From assembly GCA_051294375.1 (NCBI GenBank), contig CM119268.1, positions 2,276,232 to 2,340,231 of the forward strand: a stretch of DNA of 64,000 bases, given 5' to 3'. Below, one piece after another: positions 12,021 through 30,884 of this stretch (position 1 is the first letter of the stretch; each line of letters opens with the position of its first letter). The notes under the pieces are model-generated. The model ran no database searches, had not been told where the DNA came from, and saw only the letters and a program-made list of their open reading frames with translations. The position numbers and the translations under genes were made by a program. The DNA comes from Paraspadella gotoi (taxonomy: Eukaryota > Animalia > Chaetognatha).

Positions 12021-13864
12021 AATTTCAAAGGGAGGTGGTGTTGGTAGGAAAGGGTGAGGGGGCAGGTGGTGGTCACGTGACTGGAATGAGTTACGAGTCA
12101 ATTCCTTATTCATCAATCCTATTCGGATATAACTTAGCAGTTTTGTTGTTCTTATTTTTATTGAAGTGCTATCTAAAAAATATTCAAGTATCTTTAAATA
12201 TTTAAGGATGCTTTTGAGGAGCCCGGTCTAAACTTATTCGTAGATCAGGCTTGGTGTGTGTCCCCAAAACTAAACAAGTAATTAACAACTAACTAATTAA
12301 ATACAAACAAATGCACCAAGAGAAAAGAAAACCCCGAATTTTTAGACATAATAACTTAAGGAAAACCAAGAACAGTTTGTTCATTTAAGGCACGCGAATT
12401 CATTAAGATGGAGCGAATTGCAACGTTAACTCGTTTTGGCTAAAAGGGAAAGACTTTAACGAAGTTAATGAACGACGACGTAAGATCGAACAAAATGGCA
12501 ATTCAAAGAAAACAAGAAGGTAAGTTATAGGTAGGTTAAGGCGTAGGAAAAGAAGAGGGCGGGTANNNNNNNNNNNNNNNNNNNNNAGTGGAAAACGATG
12601 AACAGGTAAAACGAGTAGGAAGGACGAGGGTGAGGAAAAGCGCGGCCGGCGGCGGCGGCGGAGAGGGTGGGGTGAGCTGCAAGTTGAAAAATCGCGTCGA
12701 AGAAAAACGGGGCGTGGCACTCTTGGAAAAGCGGCGGCGTTGGCGTCGGCGGCGGCGGCGCCTGCTGCACAACTACGACGACAGAGGAAAAAGATAATAG
12801 CATCGCGCGACTCGACCATTAGGAGAAGAAGAGAAAAAAAGAAAAAAAAAGTCTTGGAACGAGTTTTCAACAAGGTTATTGTAGCCGCCATTTTGAAAAA
12901 AAAAATAGTTTAAAGATAAAAAGAAAAAGTAGGAAAGCACAACTACGAGTAGGATACGAAAAATATAAGCGGTTTAAGTTCTTTTTTTCTCCTCTTAAAA
13001 ATTTGTATCTTTTTTTTTTGTGCGAGGTGGTATGGCGCATATGTGTGTTTTTATTTTATTCAGAGTCGTTAGAGGTCGTGGAAAGTCGACGTCGCGAACT
13101 CGAAGGCCCGCATTTAACTGGCCGATGGCGCCTCTCGCGGCGAGGAGCGAGTCTGAAACAAATGTCCGGCAACAATGGATCTTTTTTTGGGGGCGCGCGT
13201 TAGGAGGGTCAATGACGAGATTAAGGAGTGGCGTCGATGGACGGAGAATACGTGACAAGGGAATTGGGGCCAAGAATTACAACATCAGTTGCCAAGAGGG
13301 AAAAGGAAAATGTTAGACATTGTTCCGACTTTCATGACATTCGCGAGTCGAGTTATGAATGAATATCTTTCGCCCGTCAACTCGAGAGTCAAATATCTGG
13401 CCTGAAACCAAACCGAGTTCTTGGAGAGAAAAAGGGTGAAAGAGAGAGCGAGATATAACCTTTTCAACAAAGATTGTAAATTTTATTAGTTCATATTAAT
13501 TTCATGAAATCAAGCTGTCTTTAATAATATTAATCAATTTTTCATCGAAACCATACAAATCAGTGTTTAGTATTATTAGCACCCAAAAAGTCACAAATTC
13601 ATCTCTACGAGGTCGGCGTCGAATGTAATGTCAAATGCGGCGCCAAATTTGCATCCAAATTTGACGCCAAATCTCGGTCCCTTTCCGGCGCTAAATTCGG
13701 CGCCAAATCTGATGCCAAACTGGCGCAGAATCTCTACCGTCATAAATCAAAAGGAAACGAGATTAAATAGCAGAAGTTGTCGGGGAAATTCTCCTGCGTG
13801 AATAAATTTGTCTTGTGTTGAAAGAATCATTCGGGAAATCTCTTCTCTGTGAGTCTTAACCTTA

Positions 13865-14035
13865 TTTTCTTTTCTTTTCCTTTTTATCTTTTCTTTTCTT
13901 TTCTTTTCTTTTCTTTTCTTTTCTTTTTTTATCTTTTCTTTTCTTTTCTTTTCTTTTCTTTTCTTTTCTTTTCTTTTCTTTTCTTTTCTTTTCTTTTCTT
14001 TTCTTTTCTTTTCTTTTTTTTTCTTTTCTTTTCTT
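13865..14035 (+). repeat. (CTTTT)n microsatellite
   Basis: Directly visible pentamer array. Confidence 0.95.
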
Positions 14036-14276
14036 TCATTTCCTATTTCTTGTTCCTTGGCCTCTCCTTACCTTCCTTTCTTTTTTATTTCTTTTTCTTT
14101 TTCTCATTTATTCCTTTCTTCTTCCTTTACATTTCTTCATTCTCATCTTCTTTCCTTATACATCTCAGTTTTTTCTTTATTCTGCTTAGCTTTTGATGAC
14201 TGACTGCCTCTTGTGGTCCAGACGGTCTCTCTCTCTCTCTCTCTCTCTNNNNNNNNNNNNNNNNNNNNNNNNNCTC

Positions 14277-14308
<32 letters not shown>

Positions 14309-14634
14309 CTCTCTTCTCTGTCTCTCTCTCTCTCATCTCTCTCTCTCTCTTCTCCCTCCTCTTTCTCTCTTCCCCTCTGCTATCTTTTTATCTTCTCTCT
14401 CCCTCTTCCACTCCGTGGGTCTCGCCCCTGGATGACTAAAATAGATCTTATTCTCCTTAGCTAATGCATAAAATTCATTTTTTATTCCGACGCTCTGTCT
14501 CTCTCTCTCTCTCTCTCTTCTCTCCCCTCGCGACTCCGACGTGGGACTTTTATTTTCACCCTCTGAGGACTGATCGGAGCATAAAATTAGACCCAGCTGT
14601 CCTCTTCCTCTTGTCTGCTCTCTCTCTCTCTCTT

Positions 14635-14676
<42 letters not shown>

Positions 14677-14845
14677 ACTCCTACAGAAGAAGACAGGAGT
14701 CCCCAAATCGCTGACGGCAAAGTCGCAGACATCGAAAGACTAATTTCTCGAATATTCGTTGAAATCGCGTCAAAGATTTGCTTTCATTTCGGCCTTATTT
14801 TCCTAGAGTGTCTCATTTCATCTAAAATTAGTCATTAAATTAGCT

Positions 14846-15150
14846 TTTAGTTGCACCACGAGTACTCGCGGAGCAACTCTATATATCACTTTTTCGATCG
14901 GTCTGTCGGTCTGTCGGTCTGTCGGTCGGTCGGTCGGTCGGTCGGGTCGGTCGGTTACGTTAAAAATGCTCATAGGTTAAATAGGTTTTATTCATGACGG
15001 CCCGGAGGGGCTCATAACTCGCCTATAGGTCGTTGCTCATTTGTAAGACAGAAAAAAACCCTCAAATCTAAGGTACAGCTAAGCCCCGCCTCCAGGAAAA
15101 TCAATAAAACTATAAAGAATAAAAAGGAGGAATACCCGATGCAATTCCGA
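14846..15150 (+). mobile_element. HINE-like element, 3'-truncated (within a duplicated segment)
   Basis: TTTTAGTTGCACCACGAGTACTCGCGGAGCAACTCTATA followed by (GTCG)n and the shared core ...CCTCAAATCTAA...CCGCCTCCAGGAAA. Confidence 0.7.
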
Positions 15151-15775
15151 TAAAGTTATAGTTTTGAATAATAAATTAACGCTACATATTAAGGTTAAAA
15201 TTAAACTCCGGGATTAGGGAAAACTTAAATTTGATATTCCAGTTCCTCATTTTAACTCAACACTACATCTTTTAAAACGTCAACTCTCTTGATTTTTCAG
15301 TATTTAATTCATAATTATACACAGCTGTATAATTAGACCATTGTGAGGTATTTAACGCGCGAACATCTTGTACATTTCTGGAGAGTCGGCAATATGACGG
15401 TTGATCAGGCGCGCAAGGACTCTAAGAGAAATCGGAGACCCCATGGGCTTCGAACTGGAGATGGAAATGAGATTACAGTTTCATGGCTGGATAGGGAAGA
15501 GGATGTCTACATTCAAGACGATTAGGTTACAGATGGATGTTAAGCAGAGGGGAAAGACGGCATGGGGATTTCTAATCGGAAAGAGAAAAAGGGGCGCTGG
15601 CGGTGGACAACATCAAAACAGATAAAAACTAATAGACGACAACTACAACAATGATAACAACAACAACAAGCAAGAAGAAAAGCGGCATTAGAAGAAATAA
15701 CCTGAGTGGAGAAAAACAGCGGGAGACGAGATCGAGAATTTCATAGACCAAATATAAAGAAAATGTGTTGGCGGT

Positions 15776-15844
<69 letters not shown>

Positions 15845-15925
15845 GAAAAGTCACGCCAAGGACGTGATCGGAAATTAAAGATTCAGGTTCTATTTATTTT
15901 ATCTTATTTTAACTCTCTCTCTCTC

Positions 15926-15990
<65 letters not shown>

Positions 15991-16007
15991 CCCTTTGTCG
16001 CGGCCTC

Positions 16008-20351
<4,344 letters not shown>

Positions 20352-20921
20352 ATCTCCTTCTCTTNNNNNNNNNNNNNNNNNNNNNNNNNNNNNNNNNNNN
20401 NNNNNNNNNNNNNNNNNNNNNNNNNNNNNNNNNNNNNNNNNNNNNNNNNNNNNNNNNNNNNNNNNNNNNNNNNNNNNNNNNNNNNNNNNNNNNNNNNNNN
20501 NNNNNNNNNNNNNNNNNNNNNNNNNNNNNNNNNNNNNNNNNNNNNNNNNNNNNNNNNNNNNNNNNNNNNNNNNNNNNNNNNNNNNNNNNNNNNNNNNNNN
20601 NNNNNNNNNNNNNNNNNNNNNNNNNNNNNNNNNNNNNNNNNNNNNNNNNNNNNNNNNNNNNNNNNNNNNNNNNNNNNNNNNNNNNNNNNNNNNNNNNNNN
20701 NNNNNNNNNNNNNNNNNNNNNNNNNNNNNNNNNNNNNNNNNNNNNNNNNNNNNNNNNNNNNNNNNNNNNNNNNNNNNNNNNNNNNNNNNNNNNNNNNNNN
20801 NNNNNNNNNNNNNNNNNNNNNNNNNNNNNNNNNNNNNNNNNNNNNNNNNNNNNNNNNNNNNNNNNNNNNNNNNNNNNNNNNNNNNNNNNNNNNNNNNNNN
20901 NNNNNNNNNNNNNNNNNNNNN

Positions 20922-20958
<37 letters not shown>

Positions 20959-21285
20959 TAGGGAGAGAGGGACGTGTAATGGAATATTCGTGTCTACTGC
21001 TTTCGCAAAATCTCCTAATGAGTTTTGAAGCGCGGGATGGGTTCGACGGGGTTGACTGCGTGGGAAGGAGGGAAACGCGCAGCGGGATGAGGTCGGGTGA
21101 GTAAAGATGAGAGGAGGTTATGATAGAAAAGGTAAGTAAAATAAGTAAAAGGGAAGAGATGTGTATTTGATACAACAAAAATGGGATGAAGACCTATGAG
21201 CTGAAAAATGCAATGACTGTGAGGATAATAAGATGAGGAAAAGCGAGGTTATTTCGTGAGGGTGAAAATAGAAAAGAGAAAAAGA

Positions 21286-21658
21286 ACGGTTCATCCAATG
21301 TGTTGCGCTTCAGTGACATAACATGATGCGACACGATATGACTACATGACTACAATAACTTTCTTAGCTTGTGCATTTATGACACGCACTGCATCGGAAT
21401 TTCGTCTTATATTCTTTATAGTTTTAGAATTTTCTGAAGGCGGCGCTTGCAGTCCCTTAAATTTGAAGTTTTTTTCTATCTTAACAAATGAACAAGCAAC
21501 TAATGGCAAAGGTTCCTGCGACCAAATTATGTCTATTTTTAATGTAAGTGGGGCAGACCGACGAACATAAATACCGACCGACAGACGGACCGAGTGACAG
21601 ACCGACCGAAAAGTGACTTGTAGAGTTGCCCCGCGAGTACTCGCGGCGCAACTAAAAA
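21286..21658 (-). mobile_element. HINE-like element, full length
   Basis: Reverse complement of the 10161 element: AGAGTTGCCCCGCGAGTACTCGCGGCGCAACTAAAAA at the right end, a (CCGA/CAGA)n tract, and CATCCAATGTGTTGCGCTTCAG at the left end. Confidence 0.72.
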
Positions 21659-22078
21659 GAAAGAAAGAGGAAAAATGATTTGCGGTGAAGCGGAAAATGA
21701 CGTGGGGTAAAGAGATGGTAAATGATGCGATATCGAAAAAAAGGAATGGTAAATGATGTGGTAACTGGTGATGGTAAATGATGTGGTATAGAGAGATCGG
21801 GAATTAGGGCGTCATCAGGGAAAGTTTTAAGAGAGAAAATGAGAGAGAAAATTAAACGGAAAATTAAAAAAAAAAAAAAAATGAAATGAGGAGAGAATTG
21901 AAAAATAAATTGAAATGAAGCAGAAAATTAAACGAAAAAAAATGAAGATGATCACGTGACCACGCTACCATTCGTCGCTCAAGTTGCCTTTAGATACATT
22001 TGCTATTAATATTTAAATTCTTTTGAAATGCTTCTATAAATGGCGGGAAAGGCCGAACGATGAGAGCGAGAGAAAGAG

Positions 22079-22118
<40 letters not shown>

Positions 22119-23149
22119 TAATCGAGCCCCATCAGCCATGCGACTGATTACATCGATTCTCAGGAGAAATAAATTGTGACGAGAAGAAAAAAATATGCGA
22201 ATAATTCGAATCTCGGGATAATTAATTATTTATACATAAATGTAATTGATTATAAATCATGAATGTGATTAAGAAGTCGTCAGAGTCCTGATTTTGGATT
22301 TCGAAGACGACGACGACGATAACGACGACGAAAAAGACGACGACGACGAATACGACGACGAAGAATGTGACAACGACGACGACGACTTTGTGAATTAATT
22401 TCGGGTTTGATCCTTTGAACCGCTCGCGATACCACCAGAATTGCCATCAAAATTTCATTCGTGGTGACATTAGCTTTCCAAGTGAAGTTGCCATTGCTAA
22501 CGTCGACGGTTCCATCTAGATTGCAATCGTTTGCGTGTTCCATCAGAACTGCAGAACGGCGCCATCGGTTCTGCCATCGCCGGCGCCGTAAGCATCGCTC
22601 TGAAATGAGCGGTTCCATCAGCCCCAGCAGCGACGGCGCCAGCAACTTTGCCATCAGTTAATTAGAAAAAAAGTTCGGCTTTTTTTTCCCGACGAAAACG
22701 CCACTTAATATATTCTTGACTTGAGTGGGTAGGAGGGAGGATGATGGAGCCGTGCCTTACTCCGACCGCCTCACCCGAAGACAAAGACGACGACGGCGAC
22801 GACGACGAGATGAAGACGACGACGACGACGACGACGACGAAGGCCACGGAGACATAAAATAAGACAAAAACAAAACGAAAGCAGTGACGAAGGCAGGCAA
22901 TTTTAAAAATAATGTCTCTTGATGGCATCACCAACAACAACAACAACAACAACGACAACGAAAGGGCGAGGTCGAAAACAAAGACGACGACGACGACGAC
23001 GACGACGAACGACGAACGACGAACGACGAACGAAACGAGGGTAGGAGAGACTCTACTCCCTTCGCCACCGCGGGGTTTTTTTTTTTTTTTTTTTGAAAAG
23101 GGGCTTTGAAGGACATGGGAAAAGACATACTGTTCATGAATTTCAAAAC

Positions 23150-23660
23150 AGCCCGCGAAAAAAAAAGAAAAGAGAGAGAGAGAAAAGGGAGGAAGAAATG
23201 AGGGAGAGGCGGGGAATAGAAAGGAAAGAAGGAAAGAGAGGAAGAGATAAAAAAAGGGAAAGTAAAAATGGAAAAGGGAAAAAAGAAAAAAAGTGAAAAA
23301 AGAAAAGAAAAAAAGGGAAAATTGAAAAAGGAAAAAAGGGAAAAGTGAAAAAGGAAAGAAAAAATGGAAAGGGAAAAGTAAAGGAAAGGGAAAAAAAGGA
23401 AAGGGAAAAGGAAAAAGGAAGAAAAGGGAAAAGTGAAAAAGGAAAAGGAAGAAAAGGGAAAAGTGAAAAAGGAAAAGAAAAAAAATGGAAAAGTGAAAAA
23501 GGAAAAGTGAAAAAAAGGGAAAAGAGAAAAAGGAAAATGAAAAAAAGGGAAAAGTGAAAAAGGAAAAGTGAAAAAAAGGGAAAAGAGAAAAAGGAAAAGG
23601 AAAAAAAGGGAAAAGAGAAAAAGAAAAAAGGAAAAAAAGGGAAAAGAGAAAAAGGAAAAG
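23150..23660 (+). repeat. Purine-rich low-complexity tract (GAAAAG/GGAAAA variants)
   Basis: Nearly all A/G; the source of spurious Phe/Ser/Pro ORFs on the minus strand. Confidence 0.9.
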
Positions 23661-25204
23661 GATGATGACCTCGTAAAAGAAAACGAAGGCGCGAACGTAA
23701 AATAAAAAGGAAGAAAAAGTTGCGACGACGGTGATAAATAAAGAGGGTGGGGAAAAGAAAAGTTGAGTAAAAGAAAAGTTTAGCAATAGAGAGGCGGAAG
23801 GAAAAAGAAGAGATGAGAGAGTAATGAAGTATTGTGGCTCGAAACAAATTAGGGAAGAGAACATATTTAGATAAATAAATTTTCATGTGGTATTATGATA
23901 AACAGACATGAATATAGATAAATAGATATATAGATACATAGATAGATAGATATATAGAAATATATATAGATAGATAGATAGATTTAACCGAATTTGAATG
24001 GCGTTGCTCATCACTGGATGACAAACCTGTGATGATAAAAAAAAACACATTAAATAATGAAAAGACTTGCGATGACAGAAAAAGCCATAAAAATGGCATC
24101 GATTGAGATAAAAAAATTCGGGGATAAAAGAGACATAAACTGAGACGCAGATCCACCCTTAAAAAGACAGCGACGACGTCAAAATGAGTAAAAGAAGAAA
24201 AAAACTATTTTAAGGGAAAGAAAGAGTAAAATGCGGAGCGGGTCGTCAATGGAGTTTTGGAGCTTGGAAAAACCGCCAATTCATATTGTGAACATCGTCT
24301 ATCACAAAAAACAAAACAAAAACCAAAACAAAAAAAAAACAGTTTTTTCCCTCAATTCACCCACTGTTTTAAGAATATATATATATTAACTATGCCGTTC
24401 CATTTATTGATATGTCAAACCATTTCTACGTAATTTACATTCCTTAATCTTTAACACTACTACTTTAAAATTTTATCTTTTTACCTTAATCCTAAACCGT
24501 AACCTAATTCTAAAAACCTTTGCGTTTTTGAAAAATAAGGCCAATCGACAATATCCGACTTGACCCCGCCCTTACAAACGCGATTCTTTACAAGCCGTTC
24601 TTACGAGAAGGAAGGTCAACCAAAATCTTCATTCACTTCCAAAAACTTCGTTCGACTACGATCCTATTTTTCCGAAATAGCGTTATTACCAATTTCGAAG
24701 GGAAACTGCAATGCGCCGGGCAGGGATCGAACCTGTGACGATAAGGGCAACGCGAAGTATAACGGAATATGGCCATAAAGCGGAGGCGAAACGGGGAGTG
24801 GCGACGGAGTGGTGACGGAGTGGTAAAGGAGTGGCTAAGAGGTGGCGAGAATATGAAAGTATTAACCCTCGCATGACCCTCGAAGCCTGAAGTGTAAAGA
24901 AAGTGGAAACCAGCTCGCTCATAAAGTTCTCTCTCTCTCTCAATCTCTTCTCTCTCTCTATACTCTTCGTCTCTCCTCTCTCTGCTCATCTCTCTCTCCA
25001 TCTAATCTCATCTCTTCGTCTCTCTCTTGGAAGCGTTGGCTTGATTGTGAAAGAAAAAGCGGAACAACGTCTTCCGTCGTAAAAGGAGGCGGCGGCGGCT
25101 GCGACGGTTGCGGCTGCGGCTGCGGCTGCGGCTGCCGTAAAAAAAAAGAAAAACCGCGATGCCTCTAAAAGTCTTTGTTGTTGTTGTTTTCCTTTTTTCA
25201 TTAT

Positions 25205-25268
25205 ATATGATATGATATGATATGATATGATATGATATGATATGATATGATATGATATGATATGATAT
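25205..25268 (+). repeat. (ATATG)n microsatellite
   Basis: About 12 perfect units. Confidence 0.95.
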
Positions 25269-25596
25269 GTGAAAACAAAATAATTGTGAGATAAAGAAAG
25301 AGGAAGGCACTTTTAATGAAGTGAAATGTGCTGATTTGCTGTGAAACTTACTTTTAAACTCATTTTATTTGTTTACTGTATATATTTTTAGGAATCACCA
25401 ATCCAACGACCCGATAGGAATCCGAATCCAACCTTTTCCAAATAGAGATAACTCAAATCAAAACCACTAAACCATTTAAGACACGAGGCAGTAAAATGGA
25501 GAAGATGCCGTAAATATTTTGGGGAAAAGAAAAAGTATAAAAGCAGAAACGACTTTTTTTATTTGGGTTTATTTGGCAAGGGGTGAAAGCAGGGAT

Positions 25597-25654
<58 letters not shown>

Positions 25655-26178
25655 CTTTTTCATCACCGATGGAGGTGTTGATTAGGAATCACAATCTATC
25701 ACGGCACAAGTGACTCATCACAACATCTCCCACAATTTTACTTCGAATTGAAAGTGGAATCGAAAGAGATAAAAATCAAAATCATTAATTGTCCAAATAT
25801 TCTTTATCTCGTAGAATTTCTCAGCTCCGAAAGACGAGCAAAGTTAAGATTTAAAACTAAGTAAAACTTAAGCTTGCCGTCTCAGAAATTCTTGGCGGAT
25901 GCTACCGTTTCAGTTTTGAATTAGAAATCTATCATTTATATGTACTGTAAAAAAAATGAACCAACAAAAAGATCAAGCCTCGTTTTCAAATTTTGGCGCG
26001 AGAATGCCAACTCCGACTCTTCATGCGATTAACTGAATTCTTTTAACTTTCATCGTTCCCTTCGAAAAAAAAGAAGAATAAAATGATAAAAATAAAATAA
26101 AATTAAAAATTAAAAAAAAAAAATCTCCCCGAAGCCGATTATGCATATGGGGGCGAAGAAGAATCGCGAAGGGCGCAG

Positions 26179-26282
<104 letters not shown>

Positions 26283-27284
26283 AGAGTAAGACGAACCATC
26301 TGAGCTGAGCGGGGGAGGAATACTTAAAAAAGACAAATTCTGCAGAAACCAATGAGTGTCTCTTTTTTCTTTTAAATTTAGCTATATATCACAATATATC
26401 CACGCGAAAACGCGATGATAAAATTAAACATTTCGCTGACGATCGATAAAGACCTTAATGACATCTGGCGGTGATAAATTTAGGAAAACAGAAAAAGGTA
26501 ATAACGATCCGGGTAATGGGAACTACAACGTTCGACTAAATTAAACCCATAAAAGACCCCGGAAACTATACAATCTGGCATAAAATTTGGCTTAAAAACG
26601 TTTTATAAAATTAAATAAATGTTTTTAAAAAGACGTTTTCTTAAAATAAAAGAAATCCCGAAAATGTCGCCCAGGAAAATTAAAATGTCGAATGAAAAAA
26701 AAAAGAAGATCAAACTGTCTACGAAAAGAAAGAAAAAAAGAAGAAAAGATGAAACGAGGGAAGAGGAGAAAAAAGCAATAAGCGGGAAGGTATTAAAGGG
26801 AAATGTATAATAATGAGAAAGAATAAAATTAAACCGAAGTGATAAAAGTAATTTAGGTACATGGGCGGATATATGAAGAAATAAAAATAAGAAAAGACAT
26901 ATAATAAAAACGATACTAAACATTAAACGTAACACAAAAAGATTTAAAGCTATAAAACAGGAAAGAGGTGGGGGGGGGGGCTAAGGTCATAAAACGAAGC
27001 GATGGAAAAAAGAAAATAAGAAACATAAGTGGCTATTTTTAAAGATAGAAAATATAAAAAAAACAAACTTTAAATGATGAAGAGAATGGAATATTAAAGA
27101 GGCGTTGAAAACAAAAGGAAGGCCCGGAAAAGGGGAAGAAACTTGGAAGCTTCGATGCAGTTTCGTCTACCGATGCCCATTTAAATTTTAAAGCGATAAA
27201 GTTAAGGTCTCGCGGAGCCAACGTTACGGCTTGGTGGGGGATTTAATGCGATCGTGCTTGGCGAGACGAAACCATTGCGATTGG

Positions 27285-27522
27285 CAAAACCTGAAAATTG
27301 CCAAGAAATTCTAGTTTAATTATGTACCTCGAAATCACTCGGCTACTGTAGTTTGAGTAACTCGAAATCGCCAAGCTATTAGAATTTATTTAAATGAAAA
27401 TCTCCAAGCAATTCTAGTTTAACTTTAAATTGCCTTGAAATCACCAAACAATTACGATTTAATCTACTGAAAATAACTTAGAAATTCTTGTTTAATTAAC
27501 TTTTAATCCCCAAACAATTCTA
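27285..27522 (+). repeat. Degenerate tandem repeat of about 33-40 bp
   Basis: Recurring CT(C/T)GAAATC(A/G)CCAAGC(A/T)ATT(C/A)TAGTTT-like units; mirrored at about 33885-34120. Confidence 0.6.
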
Positions 27523-28257
27523 GCGGAAAAAAACTGCTAGAAATGGTGAAAATAACGGAGCAGTATGACCAACCAAAAACTAAGGGATCGGCCCAAGCAA
27601 ATTCGAGGAAAAGTGGATAGACCACATAACGAGATATAGGGATATATATAAAGTGGATATATATATATATATAAGTGGATAGACCATATAACGAGATATA
27701 GGGAGTCGAGATTAACAATGGATAGAGTTGTTTTCTCGCTGAGGAAAGAATCGGAGGAAAGAATCTCGGAGATGAGGAAAATGAAATTGACGAAAAGAAT
27801 TTTGATTCGGAAGCTGATTGGTCGATACGGATTCGGCGAACGTTTTGATTGGTTAGCGTTAGAATTTTAGAATAAATTTTCCTGGTTTGGGAAAGATTTG
27901 AGGGCAACGTGCGACATATTGCTTGAGTCTGATTAAGAATGTACAACTTTGTACATTCATATATAATTATGTAATATATATATAATATATATGGTTTAGG
28001 TTTATAAGCGATTTATTTAAACATTTGTTGTGACGTTGAAAAAAGAGAGTTTTCCCTTTACCGTGAGACGCGGGGGATGCCGGTGCAAATTGCGCCAGGG
28101 TCGGCAGCGTTGGCGGCGGCTCAGCGGCGGCGGCGGCGGAAACGGATTATCTCGATTCGCTAGACTTTCGCGCCTCCTCAGCGAAAATATATAAAAACTA
28201 AAAAGAATAGAAATGTACACGAGGGAGAAAGAGAGAAGAGAAAGAGAGAAGACGAGA

Positions 28258-28313
<56 letters not shown>

Positions 28314-28643
28314 GAAAAAAGAGAAGATAGAGAGGGAAGTAACGAGAAGAAGGATAAGAAAAGAAGAAACGGGAAACGATTAGAGAATAAAATAAAGAAG
28401 TAGAAAGGAAGAGTAGAGTAGAGAAAAGAAAAGAGAAAAAAGAAAGGAAGAAAAGAAACACGTAAAAGAAAAGAAAGAGGAAGGAAAAGACGAGGCTAAG
28501 AGAAAAGAAAGGAAGAAAAGAAACACGTAAAAGAAAAGAAGGAGGAAGGAAAAGACGAGGCAAAGAGAAAAGGAAAGAAATTGAAGAAAAGCGGAAAATA
28601 ATAAATTGAAAAATGATTCGATTCTCTCTTCTGATGAGAGGAT

Positions 28644-28676
<33 letters not shown>

Positions 28677-28778
28677 AATTTAGAGAAAAACTTTGTATTA
28701 TATTCGTTGTCTTTCGTTTAAATCAACTACAGTTTCCTTTTTCCCCTCCTTTTGTCGCTTTCTTCTGACAACTGAGTC

Positions 28779-28830
<52 letters not shown>

Positions 28831-29531
28831 ATCGACCAAGATAGAATGGACCAATGTTAGAACCAAACAAAATCATTTAAATCCATCGTTTGTTTGTTTA
28901 CCATCACAAAAAATAAAAAAAAAGAAAACAAAGAAAACAAAAAATAAAACAAAGAAAACAAAAAAAAAAGACATTAGAAAGAATGAATTTCGCCGAGATT
29001 TCCCTTCGCTTATCGAAAGTGGGGGCGACCGACGACCCATGGCCGACGCCCGTCGCCCGACGCCCGTCGCCCGACGCCCGACAAAATCCATTTATCCATT
29101 CGTCCATTTATATCGAGCCCGACGGGCCGCCCGCCCGGCCGCCCGACCGGCCGCTTCTCTTTTCCTTTTATATTTTTTATCATTTTTCTTCATTTTTTTT
29201 CTCGTCGTCGTCCCTCCACAAATTCCTCGGGATTTTTTCGTAATCGTTTATTTTCCCATCGACGAATCTTTTGTTTTGGTTTTAAACTAGAAGTGATTTA
29301 TGTTTTATTGTAGTTTTGAGTTTAGACGATTGGTGGCGTCGTCGTCGTCGTCAGAGATTACGATTGATGGATAGTTGTGAAGTTGCCGGTCTTACGAGAC
29401 CGTTTACGCAAACAACGATATTTTCATCTTTAAAAAATAAAGAGAGAGAGNNNNNNNNNNNNNNNNNNNNNNNNNAAGAGGAGAGAGAGAGAGAAGAGAG
29501 AGAGAGACGAGAGAGCAGAGAGAGAGAGACG

Positions 29532-29609
<78 letters not shown>

Positions 29610-29613
<4 letters not shown>

Positions 29614-29948
29614 TGAGAGGAGAAAAAAAGGTACAAAATAAAATAGACGAGGGAAGCAGAAAAAAGGGAAAAAAAAATAGAGGGAAAGAGAGACAAGAGC
29701 GAGACGGATCGAGAGAGAGAGTTCTGAGACAGACCGAGAGAAAAAGAGAAGAGAGACGTGAGAGAGACACAACAAAGGTCAATAGAAAAGGATGAGTAGA
29801 TTGCCAACCAATTCCAAGGATCTTTTCGATTTTCTCGATTTCGTACTACGAATATCCGTGTTGACCTTACGGAGGACAAAAAAAATTATCCAGGGATAAC
29901 TTTTGTTGTCATGCCGTTTGGGGTCGCTCTGACGAGATCCCGTTTCCG

Positions 29949-30044
<96 letters not shown>

Positions 30045-30499
30045 TCTCGTAATCGAATCCTGGTTCTGGAAAAAAGTTAGAATTCAGGTAAGAGAAAACT
30101 TTTGGATCATGATGAATAAAAAAAAATCCCTGGAGCAGAGACGAGAGAGAGAGAGAGAGAGAGAAAGTGTGAGAGGAGAAAAAAAGAGTACAAAATAAAA
30201 TAGACGAGGGAAGAGAAAAAAGGAAAAAAAAATAGAGGGAAAGAGAGACAGAGAGCGAGACGGATCGAGAGAGAGAGTTTGAGACAGACCGAGAGAAAAA
30301 GAGAGAGAGAGCGTGAGAGAGACAAACAAAGGTCAATAGAAAAGGATGAGTAGATTGCCAAACCATTCCAAGGATCTTTTCGATTTTCTCGATTTCGTAC
30401 TACGAATATCCGTGTTGACCTTACGGAGGACAAAAAAAATTATCCAGGGATAACTTTTGTTGTCATGCCGTTTGGGGTCGCTCTGACGAGATCCCGTTT

Positions 30500-30554
<55 letters not shown>

Positions 30555-30640
30555 TTTACTCGGAATCCTGGTTCTGGAAAAAAGTTAGATCAGGTAAGGA
30601 AAATTTTGAGATCATGATGATAAAAAAAAATCCCTGGAGA
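29610..30640 (+). repeat. Tandem duplication, unit about 560 bp, each unit with a (TCG)n tract of different length
   Basis: GTGAGAGGAGAAAAAAAG...GGTCAATAGAAAAGGATGAG...ATCCCTGGAG occurs at 29613-30135 and 30169-30638. Confidence 0.9.
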
Positions 30641-30646
30641 GAGACG

Positions 30647-30698
<52 letters not shown>

Positions 30699-30815
30699 TC
30701 TATCTCTATCTCTCTCTCTCTCTCTATATCTCTCTCTATCTTCTCTCTATCTCTATCATCTTCTTTCAAGGTCAGGTCGTGGATTTATGATTATTCAATT
30801 TCGAAGCGTCTACCA

Positions 30816-30884
<69 letters not shown>

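Noticed and set aside
22662-23886. 400-aa and 247-aa Phe-rich 'membrane protein' ORFs
   Set aside because: Antisense of an A/G low-complexity tract that simply lacks stop codons.
24710-24745. tRNA gene (minus strand CAGGTTCGATCCCTGCCCGGCGCA)
   Set aside because: Only a T-arm and 3' acceptor-like piece; no matching 5' half or anticodon arm. At most a SINE or tRNA fragment.
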